A stretch of 64,000 nt of DNA from Thalia democratica. Lineage: Eukaryota. The position numbers and the translations under genes were made by a program. The notes beneath the pieces were generated by a model. It saw only the letters and a program-made list of their open reading frames with translations. It was not told the DNA's origin and did no database searches. Positions 62,631 to 64,000 of the stretch are shown here, piece by piece. The stretch lies in the NCBI GenBank assembly GCA_965202585.1, contig OZ241826.1:64666001-64730000 (forward strand). The letters are read 5' to 3'. How positions within the stretch are numbered: the first letter of the stretch is position 1; each line of letters begins with the position of its first letter.

Positions 62631-64000
62631 CAATGTTTATGTTAAGTCTCTTGATCTTAATATTGAAATGAGATCAAATTAAACTGTTACTATCGTAATA
62701 TAATAAATAAAGTCAAATGAAACATTTGTCTTGTTATAGTTGATATTATTAAAATTAGCTTGAAATTATTAGTAGTTTCACTAATGTTAGCGATTTGAGC
62801 ATATATAGACAACAACTTTAAAAGAAATAAAATTTAAATGACGCATTGTTGAAATAACAAAACTATTAACATTTAAAGAAACACCTTTGTTTCTAATTAA
62901 AATATAATTCAGTAATGTATGAACATGAAGTATGAACTATACATTAGCAGGGCCTTATTTTAAAAACAAAGCTGAAAATTATTTGAAAATACAGCTGAAA
63001 AACTCCTGCAAATTGAACCAAAGCGTGCGCACATAAAACTAAAGATAACCGCTTTATGTTATTTACCTAACTTAAATGTATATATTTCAAAGTGTTTATA
63101 TTTGCTTTGTACGTATCGCTATACTACTACTTGAGCCTGACATTTTAAGTTAAAACAAACATTTGTGCGCTTTTTATGGTTGCTTTACGTCTGAGAGTTC
63201 TAATTCAATGGAAAACTTGATGTATGACAGAAATTATAAAAACCCAGAAAAAATTATTTAATTACTTTTAAATTAAAAAGTTTAAAATGATATTTTTATA
63301 TGATATGTTTATTTAAATTTTGTTTTAACTCTATATTGAATATTGCTAATAAACTTTTGAAAATTATTTAAACACCTTTTAAACTTTTAGTTTTTAAATT
63401 AAAACAAATTTAGACTTGATTTGATATCAGTTTCGAAACTAAATATAAGATGAAAATGAGAAATGTAATAGGTAAATTATAAATTAAGTATAATTTTTAC
63501 ATTGTGCAGTGTGCCTTTATCAAATTAGAAATCATTAAGACGCAATGCAAAAACAAACTAGGATAAAATAACCAATAATATGTCATATGATGGAATTTTT
63601 AAAGCTAACTCACAAATTAAAGCTAAAATTTAAAACTACAACAAGGAGAGTATTTACAAAAGAGAATTATAGAAAACATTGATTGTGTTTAGATAAACCC
63701 TTTTATTATGTCAAAAAACAAAAACTGTAACTATCTCTATGAATTGAGCAAAACTGTTTTAACTCAAATTTCAATAAAATCTAATTTTTGTAATTCTATG
63801 GAAGATGAAACATTAAAAGTTTTACTGAAATCATCAGTTCCTAAAAATGTAAAAACGTAGAAGTTAAAAAAAGTAAATATTGAACTAAAAACTAGTTGTT
63901 TTTTTTGTTTATATATTTCAACTATTTGTTTAAGCCATTAAACACTTTTTTTGTGTCGAGTTTACTTAAAGACTTCAATATTATAAAATTTAACTATTAC

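Overview
Very AT-rich eukaryotic genomic DNA with GT-AG introns and a dense load of decayed transposons. The repeat spectrum (CR1, Penelope-like, RTE, Kolobok-, hAT- and Tc1/pogo-type MITEs) suggests a cnidarian such as Hydra; this is inference, not database-checked. I reconstructed three spliced genes by eye, with consistent exon phases: a nucleolin-like gene (+, 16467-20764, 13 exons, ~562 aa), a Chk1-family kinase (+, 35084-45159, 6 exons, ~463 aa) and an RNA polymerase III RPC5/POLR3E-like gene (-, 59197-45915, 6 exons, ~473 aa) converging on Chk1. The most striking observation is a ~320-nt structured insert in intron 3 of the nucleolin gene (17125-17444, sense strand). It holds a complete, discontinuous hammerhead ribozyme core (CUGAUGA...GAAAC, perfect 9-bp stem III closing a 117-nt loop, GUA cleavage triplet), carries a competing 15-bp helix, and is flanked by a 10-bp direct repeat, so it looks like a retrozyme-like or domesticated intronic ribozyme. 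Other points of interest: non-canonical P+1 loop and subdomain IX residues in Chk1, an internal RRM-RGG duplication in nucleolin, a pre-miRNA-sized near-perfect hairpin in a Chk1 intron, a MITE family with 6-bp TSDs, and a ~290-nt circularly permuted unit with hammerhead half-motifs near 62 kb. I recognised no rRNA, tRNA or CRISPR array. All assignments come from manual reading, without tools.
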